Positions 1 to 8,430 of a DNA stretch of 50,875 nucleotides are shown piece after piece. Positions within the stretch are counted from its first letter, which is position 1; each line of letters starts with the position of its first letter. A program made the translations under genes and the position numbers. This DNA comes from Myxococcota bacterium (GTDB lineage: Bacteria; Myxococcota; Myxococcia; Myxococcales; Myxococcaceae), in NCBI GenBank assembly GCA_049322255.1, contig JBMORE010000187.1:1-50875 (forward strand). Direction: 5' to 3'. Under the pieces are notes generated by a model. It saw only the letters and a list, made by a program, of their open reading frames with translations, had not been told where the DNA came from and ran no database searches.

Positions 1-458
1 ACCCGGCAGGAGGGAGCGCCCCCGACGCTGCCGGTGCTCCAGGTATCCAAGGCTCCGGAGACGACCAGGCGCTCCTCTTCCACATACAGACGAGCGCCGA
101 GGTGAAGCTGCAGCCGGACGAGCTCGTCACTCGGGCGCGTGGACGGGCGAACGACCTCTCCGCGTAGGCGCACCGCGCCCACCATCTCGCCATCCGAGGG
201 GTTGAAGACATCTCCTGCGAGCACGAAGGGGAGCTGGCTGACCGGGTCCACCACCATGGTGCGGACGTTGCCTTCCGTCTGCTCGAGCACCAGCGAGGGC
301 CCGAGGAGGAAGGCAGGGAAGGGGCAGCGTCCGAAGGGAATGCTGCTCCGAAGCCCGAAGGTGCCGCTCACGTCGGGGCACTCGCGCACGCAGCGGGTGT
401 CCTCCGAGCCGCACGCCCACAGCCCCAAGGCCAACAGCGCCACCACTTTCGCCCGCAT
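1..458 (-). CDS. hypothetical lipoprotein (runs off window edge)
   Basis: Read by hand, not in the ORF track: ATG at 458, MRAKVVALLALGLWAC-GSEDTRCVRECPDVSG..., lipobox-like LWAC, open to position 1. Confidence 0.7.
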   Translation of the reverse strand, partial: MRAKVVALLALGLWACGSEDTRCVRECPDVSGTFGLRSSIPFGRCPFPAFLLGPSLVLEQTEGNVRTMVVDPVSQLPFVLAGDVFNPSDGEMVGAVRLRGEVVRPSTRPSDELVRLQLHLGARLYVEEERLVVSGALDTWSTGSVGGAPSCR

Positions 459-515
459 GGGCGTCAAGCTGGTCACGCGCGACGTCGGCGGCGCGCTGGC
501 CCGTCGGCCGACGCT

Positions 516-674
516 TCAGTCCATTGGATGAAGCCGGCGCAGCGCCTGAAGAATCTTCTTCTTCACCGGTTTGGGGCGCTCCGACGTCGGCGAAGCTGCC
601 GCCAGCTTGGCCTTGGCCAGCACCGGGCGGGGAATCCGGCTTGAGCGAACGGGGCCCTTCTTCGTTGGCTGCAT
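516..674 (-). CDS. small basic hypothetical protein (52 aa)
   Basis: MQPTKKGPV...KKKILQALRRLHPMD; ATG overlaps the TGA of the upstream gene at 672-676. Confidence 0.55.
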   Translation of the reverse strand: MQPTKKGPVRSSRIPRPVLAKAKLAAASPTSERPKPVKKKILQALRRLHPMD

Positions 675-895
675 CAGTACTTTCGCTTGGCGGCGATGGT
701 GCGCAACAGCCCGCCGTTCTTGACGAGGAAGGCGCGGAAGTCGGCCTCGGGGAGGTTCATCTTGGCCAGCACCCCTCGGAGGATGTCCTCCAAGCCGGCG
801 GCGCCGTTCTTTTTCATTTCCATCGCGATCTTCAACATCGCCACCCCGTACAGCGGGCTGCCCTCCACCTCCGCTGGAATCTTGGCGCTGTTCAC
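674..895 (-). CDS. small hypothetical protein (about 73 aa)
   Basis: GTG at 895 preceded by AGAGGGG; amphipathic helical sequence, GC-rich third codon positions; start could lie further upstream. Confidence 0.65.
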   Translation of the reverse strand: MNSAKIPAEVEGSPLYGVAMLKIAMEMKKNGAAGLEDILRGVLAKMNLPEADFRAFLVKNGGLLRTIAAKRKY

Positions 896-1094
896 TGGCT
901 GGTTTGCCCCTCTTTCCGCCGCATCGCGCAACGGTGGAGTGACCATACATGACGTTGATGGCAGCGTCAAATAACCGCTTGGGATCACTGAACAATTTCT
1001 CGACCCGATTGCACGCGTGGGGGGCGTCGTGCTTTATCTGCCACGGCGTCCAGGGCCCAACAAATCGGCCCCGGCGGCGATGAGGGGCACCTCG

Positions 1095-1739
1095 ATGGAG
1101 AACCGCTACATCGTTGTCGAAGGCCCTATCGGGGTGGGCAAGTCGAGTCTCACCGACATTTTGGCGCAACGCTTTTCCGCCCGCCGGGTGATGGAGGTGG
1201 TGGAGGAGAACCCCTTCTTGGCGAGCTTCTACGGCGACCGCGCCAAGTACGCCTTTCAGACGCAGATGTTCTTTCTGCTCAGCCGTTTTCGGCAGCAGCA
1301 GCAGCTCTTCCAGCAAGACCTCTTCAACTCGGTCACGGTGAGCGACTACCTCTTCGCCAAAGACCGCATCTTCGCCTGCCTCACCTTGGACCCCAACGAG
1401 CTGGCGCTCTACGACCGCATGTTCGAGGCCTTGGGCCCCCGGGTGGCCAAGCCGGACTTGGTCATCTACCTGCAGGCGCGCATCGACGTGCTCTTGACGC
1501 GCATCAAGAAGCGGGGGCGCGAGTTCGAGCGCAAGTTCGACCCCACCTACCTCGAAGAGCTCTGCAAGTCGTACAACGAGTTCTTCTTCCACTATGGCGA
1601 GACGCCGCTTCTGGTCATCAACACCTCGGACATCGACTTCGTCAACAACGAGGCCGACCTCGAGAACCTGATCTCCGTCATCCGCAAGATGAAGAAGGGC
1701 ACTCAGCACTACATCCCTTTGGCCTCCAAGAAGGGGTGA
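1095..1739 (+). CDS. deoxynucleoside kinase (dCK/dGK family)
   Basis: IVVEGPIGVGKSSL P-loop, ENPFL..FY, AFQTQMFFLLSR, PDLVIYL, RIKKRGR.FE motifs. Confidence 0.93.
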   Translation: MENRYIVVEGPIGVGKSSLTDILAQRFSARRVMEVVEENPFLASFYGDRAKYAFQTQMFFLLSRFRQQQQLFQQDLFNSVTVSDYLFAKDRIFACLTLDPNELALYDRMFEALGPRVAKPDLVIYLQARIDVLLTRIKKRGREFERKFDPTYLEELCKSYNEFFFHYGETPLLVINTSDIDFVNNEADLENLISVIRKMKKGTQHYIPLASKKG

Positions 1740-1754
1740 CGTTACACTTTGTTC

Positions 1755-1832
1755 GACGGCCCACGGCGATCCCCCAAAGGACGGCGAAGGGCCAGCAGCT
1801 TCAAAACATCGCCGTCACGCCATAGGAGGTGA
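1755..1832 (+). promoter_or_regulatory. structured leader upstream of panB (candidate pan-motif-like cis element) with SD
   Basis: Hairpin GGCCC(1758-62)/GGGCC(1789-93) with bulged A residues; alternative pairing of ACGGCGA copies with TCGCCGT(1809-15); AGGAGGTGA at 1824-1832. Confidence 0.45.
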
Positions 1833-1835
1833 ACC

Positions 1836-2729
1836 GTGAAGGACAAGGTCACCATCCACACGCTGAAGAAGCTCAAGCAGGTCGGCCAGAAGATCTGCAT
1901 GGTCACCGCCTACGACGCCACCTTCGGGCGGCTCTTGGACCAGGCGGGGGCCGACGTCATCTTGGTCGGTGACTCGGTGGGCATGGTGGTGCAAGGGCAC
2001 GACTCCACCCTGCCCGTCACCGTCGAGCAGATGATTTACCACGGCAAGGCGGTGAAGGCCGGCGCCCGGCGCGCGCACCTGGTGGTCGACCTGCCGTTCA
2101 TGAGCTACCAGGTGTCGCCGCAAGAGGCGGTGAAGAACGCCGGGCGGCTGGTGGCCGAGGGCGGGGCGGAGAGCGTGAAGCTCGAGGGCGGCGAGGAGTT
2201 CGCCGAGACGGTGCGGCGCATCGTCACCGCCAGCATTCCGGTGATGGGGCACATCGGGCTGACGCCTCAGTCGGTGCACAAGATGGGCGGCTACGTGGTG
2301 CAGGGCCGCGACGAGGAGACGGCCAAGAAGCTCGTCGCCGACGCCCTCGCTCTGGAGCAAGCCGGCGCTTACGCCCTGGTGCTCGAAGGGGTGCCGCTGG
2401 AGCTGGCGCGGCAAATCACCGCGCACCTGACCATTCCCACCATCGGCATCGGCGCGGGCGTGCACTGCGATGGGCAAGTGCTCGTCTGCTACGACCTGTT
2501 GGGAATGAACCCCGACTTCAAGCCGAAGTTCGTCAAGCGCTACGCCGACCTGCACGGCGACATCCGCAGCGCGGCCGAGACGTTTTTCCGCGAGGTGCGC
2601 GAAGGCTCCTTCCCCGACGAGGAACACTCGTTCAAGTCGAGCACCATCCGCCTGGTGGTGGACAACCCCGACGTCAAGCCCTCCGAGCGGGAGGAGAAGA
2701 CGGGCGGCGTCTACGGCGTGCCGGTGTGA
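1836..2729 (+). CDS. panB: 3-methyl-2-oxobutanoate hydroxymethyltransferase
   Basis: [47 protein letters not shown] motifs; strong SD. Confidence 0.98.
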   Translation: MKDKVTIHTLKKLKQVGQKICMVTAYDATFGRLLDQAGADVILVGDSVGMVVQGHDSTLPVTVEQMIYHGKAVKAGARRAHLVVDLPFMSYQVSPQEAVKNAGRLVAEGGAESVKLEGGEEFAETVRRIVTASIPVMGHIGLTPQSVHKMGGYVVQGRDEETAKKLVADALALEQAGAYALVLEGVPLELARQITAHLTIPTIGIGAGVHCDGQVLVCYDLLGMNPDFKPKFVKRYADLHGDIRSAAETFFREVREGSFPDEEHSFKSSTIRLVVDNPDVKPSEREEKTGGVYGVPV

Positions 2730-2733
2730 GGCG

Positions 2734-3576
2734 ATGAAGCTCGTCCGGACGACGGCGGACGTGACGGGCTTTGCCGAGGGTTTGCGCCAAACCGGCCAAC
2801 GGCTGGCGCTGGTGCCCACCATGGGCTTTCTCCACGAGGGGCACCTCTCGCTCATCCGTGAGGGTAGCCGGCGTGCCGACGCGGTGGCGGTGTCGATCTT
2901 CGTCAACCCCACCCAGTTCGGCCCCCAAGAAGACCTCTCCCGCTACCCGCGGGACCTCGAAGGAGACTTAGGCAAGTGCGAGGGAGCGGGGGCGGCGCTG
3001 GTGTTCGCGCCCGAACCTACGGAGCTCTACCCCGAGGGTTACCAGACCTTCGTGGAGGTGACCGAGCTTGCGCACGGGCTGTGCGGCGAGCGGCGGCCGG
3101 GTCACTTTCGTGGAGTGGCCACCGTGGTCACTCAGCTGTTGTGCCTCTTTCGCCCCCACCTCGCGCTCTTCGGGGAGAAGGACTATCAGCAGCTCCAAGT
3201 CATTCGCGCCCTGGCCCAAGACCTTCACTTGGGGGTGGAAATCGTGGGGCTGCCCACGGTGCGCGAAGCCGACGGGTTGGCGATGAGCTCGCGCAATTCC
3301 TACCTCTCCGCCGAGAATCGGTCGAGGGCGCTGGCGCTGTGGCGGGGCATGGGCCGGGCCAAAGAGCTTCACGCGCGCGGCGTGAAGGAAGTACGCGAGC
3401 TGGTGACGGCGGTGCGCGAGGAGCTAAAGAAGGACCAGGTGCGCGAGGACTACGTGGAGATCGTCGACGCGGCGACCTTGAAACCGCTCTCCGAGGTGCC
3501 GCCCGGGCGGCCGGCGCGCCTGTTGGTCGCCGCGTTCGTGGGAACGACCCGGCTCATCGACAACGTGGCCTTATGA
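2734..3576 (+). CDS. panC: pantoate--beta-alanine ligase
   Basis: VPTMGFLHEGH, SIFVNPTQF, RPGHFRGV, FGEKDYQQL, GLAMSSRN, TRLIDN. Confidence 0.98.
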   Translation: MKLVRTTADVTGFAEGLRQTGQRLALVPTMGFLHEGHLSLIREGSRRADAVAVSIFVNPTQFGPQEDLSRYPRDLEGDLGKCEGAGAALVFAPEPTELYPEGYQTFVEVTELAHGLCGERRPGHFRGVATVVTQLLCLFRPHLALFGEKDYQQLQVIRALAQDLHLGVEIVGLPTVREADGLAMSSRNSYLSAENRSRALALWRGMGRAKELHARGVKEVRELVTAVREELKKDQVREDYVEIVDAATLKPLSEVPPGRPARLLVAAFVGTTRLIDNVAL

Positions 3577-4040
3577 AACCGGTCGCCGACGAATCGCTCA
3601 AGGTGATCGCCGAGAACCGCCGCGCCAAGTTCGACTACGTGGTGGAGGACAGCGTGGAGGCGGGCATCGAGCTGTTGGGCAGCGAGGTGAAGGCCCTGCG
3701 GGAGGGGACGGTCAGCCTCTCCGACGCCTACGCCTACCCCAAGGGGCCGGAGCTGTACCTGCTCAACGCCCACATCGGGGTGTACAAACCCTCGGGAACC
3801 TTCGCCCACGAGCCTACCCGCAGCCGGCGGCTACTGCTCCACCGGGAGGAAATCGACCGTTGGGCGGCGAAGGTGCGCGAGCGGGGTTATTCCATCGTCC
3901 CGCTCATGGTTTACTTCCGCAAGGGGCGGGTGAAGGTCCGTTTAGGGCTGTGCCGCGGTAAGACGCACGAAGATCGCCGTCACACCATCAAGGAGCGGGA
4001 GAGCAAACGCGAGATGGATCGCGCGATGCGGCGAAGGTGA
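3573..4040 (+). CDS. smpB: SsrA-binding protein
   Basis: IAENRRAKFDY, EAGIELLGSEVKALR, R.R.LLLHREEI, GKTHEDRR.TIKERE; ATGA overlap with panC. Confidence 0.96.
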   Translation: MKPVADESLKVIAENRRAKFDYVVEDSVEAGIELLGSEVKALREGTVSLSDAYAYPKGPELYLLNAHIGVYKPSGTFAHEPTRSRRLLLHREEIDRWAAKVRERGYSIVPLMVYFRKGRVKVRLGLCRGKTHEDRRHTIKERESKREMDRAMRRR

Positions 4041-4519
4041 TGGACAAGACGCTTGAAAAAAAAGAGCGCCTGCTCACCGCCCTCGACAAGGGCCTGACCA
4101 TGGTGCACTTGGACGCCCGCCGCGCCGGGGTGCTGGTGCCCTCCCACCTGAAGACCGAGGCGCACCTGCTCTTGAACCTCTCCTACCGCTTCGACCCGCC
4201 GGACTTGTCGGTGGGCGAGTGGGGAATCCGCTCCACGCTCACCTTCTCGGGCAAGCGCTTCACCGTGGCCATTCCCTGGTCGGCGCTCTACGCCATCACC
4301 AGCCATGTCACCAAAGAGTTCTGGATGTACCCCGACGACATGCCGGCGGAGATTCTCGAGGCAGCCAAGTTGACCTCGAAAGTTCCGCTCGAGGACGGGC
4401 CGATGAAGAAAACCCGCGGCTTGTTGCGCGAGGTGGTGGCCGAAAAACCCGCTCCGGACGAGAAGAAGGACGAGCCTCCCAAGCCACGCGGCCGAGGCCA
4501 CCTGCGAGTGGTGAAATGA
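4037..4519 (+). CDS. sspB: ClpXP specificity-enhancing factor SspB family protein
   Basis: VHLDARRAGVLVP, LNLSYRF, TLTFSG...IPWSALYAI; C-terminal ClpX-binding-like tail GHLRVVK. Confidence 0.85.
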   Translation: MMDKTLEKKERLLTALDKGLTMVHLDARRAGVLVPSHLKTEAHLLLNLSYRFDPPDLSVGEWGIRSTLTFSGKRFTVAIPWSALYAITSHVTKEFWMYPDDMPAEILEAAKLTSKVPLEDGPMKKTRGLLREVVAEKPAPDEKKDEPPKPRGRGHLRVVK

Positions 4520-4531
4520 CCCACCCCTCGC

Positions 4532-6166
4532 TCACTTTCTTTTCAACTTCACCTCGACCCGCTGCATTTCGCCACCGCGGAACGTCCCCGCGTACGGGCG
4601 ATAGCCTTCCTTGATCAGCTGGAAGGATACGTCGGTCGGCCCGTAGAGGTTCTCCTCGATCCAGGGAGTCGTCCCGATGTCCTTGCCGTTGATACGCACC
4701 TTGGCCCCGGGAGGCTCGCTGTCGATGTACAGCACTCGCTTGTCGGCGAAGGGCTTGGACAAGGCGTGCCGCTTCGGCCACAGGTAGAGCCCGAGGAAGG
4801 CACCAGCAGCGAGGAAGGTGACCAAGAGCATCACCCCACGGCCTAACCAACGGGCCCCGGAGCGCGGCGTCTCCACCGGAGGAATGAAGTCCTCTTCTTG
4901 CGCTTCGCGGCGAATGTCGCGTGCCAGCTCCAGCGGCTCCTCGGGGGGAGGCTCGAAGCCGGCGGGCTTCAAAGTGGGAGGCGGCTTGGCCGGCGCGGGT
5001 GGCGGAGGTGGGGGAGGAAGCTGGCTGGGATCGATCTTGGGAAACGAGCCGCTGATGGAGGTCTTCCCAAACGGGTCCTCATCGCCGAGCGCGACTTGGG
5101 GAGAGGGCGGCGAGTGGTCGATTTTCCCGCTCGGGTCGAGCACCGGACCCGTCGGCTGCCAGTCGAAAAGCTCGAACTCGGTGCCGGTCATCAAGCCAGG
5201 GGCAGAGGTGCCGTGCAGGGAGAAGCTCCCTTGCGCCGAGGCCTCGGCGCCGCTGCGCTGCGAGATGCGCGGCGGCAAGGAAAGCGTGCCGAGCAGCTGG
5301 GCCAGCTCGGCGTTGGTGGCTGGCTCGCCGGCCCGGGCCAGGTACTCCGCCAGCGCGCGCGAGAGGGCATCGGCAGAAGGGAAGCGCTCCGCGGGCTTTT
5401 TCTTCAGCAGCCGCTCGACCACGTGGACCAACGGGGTGGGCAAGCCGGTCAAGGGCGGCGGCTCTTGGTGCTGAATGGCGCCCACGTAGGCCAGCATGTT
5501 CTCGTGCTTGCCGAAGGGGTGACCGCCCGCCAGCATCTCGTAGAGCACCAGCCCCAAGGAGAACTGGTCGGAGGCGGCGGTGACCGTCTCGCCGCACAGC
5601 GCCTCGGGGGCGGCGTAGGCGACCTTGCCTTTGAACGTCCCCGGCTCGGTGCCCGTGGAGAGCGCCTCGAGCTTGGCGATGCCGAAGTCCGCCACCTTCA
5701 CTTCGCCTTCCACCGAGAGGAGGAGGTTGGAGGGCGAGATGTCACGGTGAGCGACGATGAGCGGCTTGCCGTCGAGCGTCTTCTTGTACGCGTGGGCAAG
5801 CCCGGTCACCGCCTGCAAGACGACGAACGCCGCCAGCTGCGGGGGAAAGCGGCGGCCCTGGTTGGTCAGGGCATCGAGCACGTCGGCCAAGTCCCAGCCG
5901 TCGACCAGCTCCATCACGATGTAGAGGCCGTCGGGGCTTTTGCCCACGTCGAGCACCTGCACGATGTTCTGGTGGTGCAGGTGGGTCGCCGCGCGAACCT
6001 CGCCCAAGAACATGCGGGCCACCGCCGAGTCTTTGGCCAGCTGGGGAAGAATGCGTTTGATCGCGACCGGCTTTTCGAACCCTTCTTCCCCGGTGGCCAC
6101 GCCGAGATAGACCTCGGCCATACCGCCGGAGGCCACCTGCCTGGTCAGTCGGTATCGCTCGCTCAT
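4532..6166 (-). CDS. membrane Ser/Thr protein kinase with C-terminal PEGA domain
   Basis: GGMAEVY, VAIKR, HRDISPSN, DFG, GKVAYAAPE; Pro-rich linker, TM helix, IDSEPPGAKV...GTTP; ATG at 6166 overlaps upstream TGA. Confidence 0.93.
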   Translation of the reverse strand: MSERYRLTRQVASGGMAEVYLGVATGEEGFEKPVAIKRILPQLAKDSAVARMFLGEVRAATHLHHQNIVQVLDVGKSPDGLYIVMELVDGWDLADVLDALTNQGRRFPPQLAAFVVLQAVTGLAHAYKKTLDGKPLIVAHRDISPSNLLLSVEGEVKVADFGIAKLEALSTGTEPGTFKGKVAYAAPEALCGETVTAASDQFSLGLVLYEMLAGGHPFGKHENMLAYVGAIQHQEPPPLTGLPTPLVHVVERLLKKKPAERFPSADALSRALAEYLARAGEPATNAELAQLLGTLSLPPRISQRSGAEASAQGSFSLHGTSAPGLMTGTEFELFDWQPTGPVLDPSGKIDHSPPSPQVALGDEDPFGKTSISGSFPKIDPSQLPPPPPPPAPAKPPPTLKPAGFEPPPEEPLELARDIRREAQEEDFIPPVETPRSGARWLGRGVMLLVTFLAAGAFLGLYLWPKRHALSKPFADKRVLYIDSEPPGAKVRINGKDIGTTPWIEENLYGPTDVSFQLIKEGYRPYAGTFRGGEMQRVEVKLKRK

Positions 6167-6504
6167 GCCGGATACTTTTGCGACAGCTCGCGCAGGTACG
6201 ACCAGTTGAAGATGCCGATGCGGTGCGCATCGCCGAAGGTGAAGCACAAAGCGTAGTTTCCCACCGGGGCCAGCTCGACGAGCTTCATCCCTTCGGGGAT
6301 GTTGGCTTGGTCGAAAGTGCGCTTGCCGCTCCACTCTTCGACGCACTCGGCGCACGGGCAATGCTGGCGCAGCGTTTGCGCCGACACTTGGGTTTTCACC
6401 CCGTCGTCCCAAGACAGGGTGAGCACCCGCTGGTCGCTCGAGAGCTCGACGTTCTGGGCGACGGGCGGCCGCTGGGAGGGTCTGACGTGGTCCCAAAAGC
6501 TCAT
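6163..6504 (-). CDS. DUF971 / GBBH-like N-terminal domain protein
   Basis: L.WDDG, LRQHCPCAEC, VGNYAL..F.D.H..GIF.W.YL. Confidence 0.9.
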   Translation of the reverse strand: MSFWDHVRPSQRPPVAQNVELSSDQRVLTLSWDDGVKTQVSAQTLRQHCPCAECVEEWSGKRTFDQANIPEGMKLVELAPVGNYALCFTFGDAHRIGIFNWSYLRELSQKYPA

Positions 6505-6515
6505 TGTGGCGAAAG

Positions 6516-7328
6516 CTACCGCTGCTCCTCGACGATCGCCACCACCGCGGCGGCCAGGCGCTGGGAGAAGCCCTGCACCAGCACCTCCTCGCGGGCGTCT
6601 TGCGGCCCGAGCACTCCCTCCTCGAAGGAAAGGTCGAGGCCGAACGCGCGCGGTAGGGGCGTAAACCCTCGGGTGTCGACCGCGAAGTCGGGTTGGCTGG
6701 GGTAGCGCAGCCGGCGGGCGGCGAAGTCGGAGGCCTCGCCCTCGTAGCGGGTCAGCCACCCATGCACCCGGTGGGTCTCCTGCACCGGCTGAAGCTGCAA
6801 CAAGAGCAGCGGCGGCAGAATCACCCCGAAGGCGCAGGCGAGGTTCTTGAGCGCCCGGTTGGACTCGACCGTCTCCACCTCCCCCACCACGACTCGGACC
6901 AACGTGGCGGGCCCGGACAGCTCTCCCAGCGTGCCGGTGGAGAGCACCTCCCAGGAGGGGCGCAGCCGCCGAACTTCGGCCAGCACCAGCCGATGCTCGG
7001 TGGAAAGCGAGCTCACCCGCGCGTAGACCGGCTTTTGCGCCACCTGCTGGGTGACCACCACGTCTTGCGGCACCCCGTAGGCGCCGTAAACCTGTACGTG
7101 CTCCGAGCGGGTGGCCAGCTCCCAGGGCGCCGACTCGAAGAAAGGCTCGAGCACCACCACCCGGCGCTGGCCCATGTCGGCGGGGGTGAGCGGCAAAGGG
7201 CTGGTGAGACGGGCAGTGGCGCAGCTGCAAAGGAACACGAGCAGCGCTGCAGCGGCCCGGGGAATCGACGTCCATCTGGTGTTTGGATGGAGTCCTATGG
7301 TGGGGAGACTCCTCTTGGCCTTACTCAT
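6516..7328 (-). CDS. hypothetical lipoprotein (start uncertain)
   Basis: Long ORF with coding-like composition, lipobox-like LLVFLCSC and a later hydrophobic segment; no convincing start or SD. Confidence 0.7.
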   Translation of the reverse strand: MSKAKRSLPTIGLHPNTRWTSIPRAAAALLVFLCSCATARLTSPLPLTPADMGQRRVVVLEPFFESAPWELATRSEHVQVYGAYGVPQDVVVTQQVAQKPVYARVSSLSTEHRLVLAEVRRLRPSWEVLSTGTLGELSGPATLVRVVVGEVETVESNRALKNLACAFGVILPPLLLLQLQPVQETHRVHGWLTRYEGEASDFAARRLRYPSQPDFAVDTRGFTPLPRAFGLDLSFEEGVLGPQDAREEVLVQGFSQRLAAAVVAIVEEQR

Positions 7329-7431
7329 GCCATCCTGCGCCATCGGAGGCTTCGGTATCTCATGCGTCCCCGGAACGCACTGCAATGTTGCAACCGGGTG
7401 GTGCGAGCCCGACCCGTGTGGCAGGGGTTGA
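7297..7431 (+). CDS. possible small Cys-rich lipopeptide or gene remnant (44 aa)
   Basis: MVGRLLLALLMPSC-AIGGFGISCVPGTHCNVATGWCEPDPCGRG; GGAG 5 nt upstream. Confidence 0.35.
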   Translation: MVGRLLLALLMPSCAIGGFGISCVPGTHCNVATGWCEPDPCGRG

Positions 7432-7462
7432 CGCGGCGCCGAGCTTGGAACAGGTTATACAC

Positions 7463-7690
7463 ATGAAACGCACAAATCTTGTGCTTGATGAAAAGCTCCT
7501 CGACGAGGCAACTCGCCTGTCGGGCGAGAAGACGTACTCGGCCACCGTCGAGCGGGCGCTCGAGGAGTTCGTCCGGCGCGCGAAAGCACGGCGAATCCTC
7601 GAGCTTACCGGCTCAGGGCTTTGGGAGGGCGACCTCAGGAAGATGCGCCGCGATGCTCCCGCGAAGGCGGCTCGCCGTGACGCTCGTTGA
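7463..7690 (+). CDS. vapB: type II antitoxin, VapB (DUF2191-like)
   Basis: MKRTNLVLDEKLLDEA..LSG.KT....VERALEEFVR...WEGDL..MR; overlaps PIN gene. Confidence 0.9.
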   Translation: MKRTNLVLDEKLLDEATRLSGEKTYSATVERALEEFVRRAKARRILELTGSGLWEGDLRKMRRDAPAKAARRDAR

Positions 7691-8069
7691 CACCTCGGTC
7701 TGGATTGCTGTCTTTCGCAAGAAAGAGCCGCTCGAGCTTGAGCACGTCGTCCCCTTGGACGAGGTGGTGACCTGTCTTCCGGTGGTGCAGGAGGTACTCC
7801 AGGGCTTTCGAGACGAGGCTGCGTTTCGCCTTGCCCGAGAGTCGATGATGGCACTGCCCCGGGTGGAGTCTCCGATGGGTCCTGACGTGTTTCACGAGGC
7901 TGCAAGCCTATACCGCACCGCGCGGCGCGCCGGCTGGACCGTGCGCTCGTCGGTGGACTGCCTCATTGCGGCGTGCGCGCTTCGAAACGACCTCGAGGTG
8001 CTCCACGTAGACCGCGACTACGACGCGCTGGCGAAGGTCTCGCAGTTGCGCGAGCGGCGCGCGGGTTGA
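7677..8069 (+). CDS. vapC: type II toxin, VapC PIN-domain ribonuclease
   Basis: LVDTSVWI, EVLQG, SVDCLIAACA, LHVDRDY acidic PIN residues. Confidence 0.93.
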   Translation: MTLVDTSVWIAVFRKKEPLELEHVVPLDEVVTCLPVVQEVLQGFRDEAAFRLARESMMALPRVESPMGPDVFHEAASLYRTARRAGWTVRSSVDCLIAACALRNDLEVLHVDRDYDALAKVSQLRERRAG

Positions 8070-8119
8070 GGTCGAGCGTCTGTCGAAGATTCCGTCTCAA
8101 TGCTTCGGTGCGTGTCCGC

Positions 8120-8392
8120 TCATGTGGCGCCGTCCAGCCGGAACCGCATCGTTCCTGCAATCGCGATCTCCTCACCATTCGCAAAAGCGCAGTCCATGGC
8201 TCGTTCTCCGCGGTAATAGATGCCCCACCAACCGTTAGTTGTTCGAGCAATTCGTATCCCGCTCCAACGGCCACAGCCGTAGCGGGATACAAAGACCCGA
8301 GGCACCCAGCCATGTGAGGCGAAGCGGACCAGCCCAAGGATCTTTTTAGATCCTGAAAACAGGTGTGGTGCACAGACGAAGACCGATTTCAT
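8120..8392 (-). CDS. ORFan or degenerate gene in AT-richer DNA (90 aa)
   Basis: AAGGAGG 8 nt upstream of ATG at 8392; atypical codon usage, no recognisable motif. Confidence 0.3.
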   Translation of the reverse strand: MKSVFVCAPHLFSGSKKILGLVRFASHGWVPRVFVSRYGCGRWSGIRIARTTNGWWGIYYRGERAMDCAFANGEEIAIAGTMRFRLDGAT

Positions 8393-8430
8393 GAGGAGCG
8401 CCTCCTTGTGAGGTTGTGCCAATCACGAGC

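Noticed and set aside
3573..4531. tmRNA (ssrA) next to smpB
   Set aside because: No intergenic room and no tRNA-like ends visible
6167..6496. N-terminal extension of the kinase in the ORF track
   Set aside because: Overlaps the DUF971 gene in another frame; MSERY at 6166 with ATGA overlap is the better start
7428..7462. sigma70 promoter for vapBC (TTGACG...TATACA)
   Set aside because: 22-nt spacing is too long; cannot be supported without TSS data
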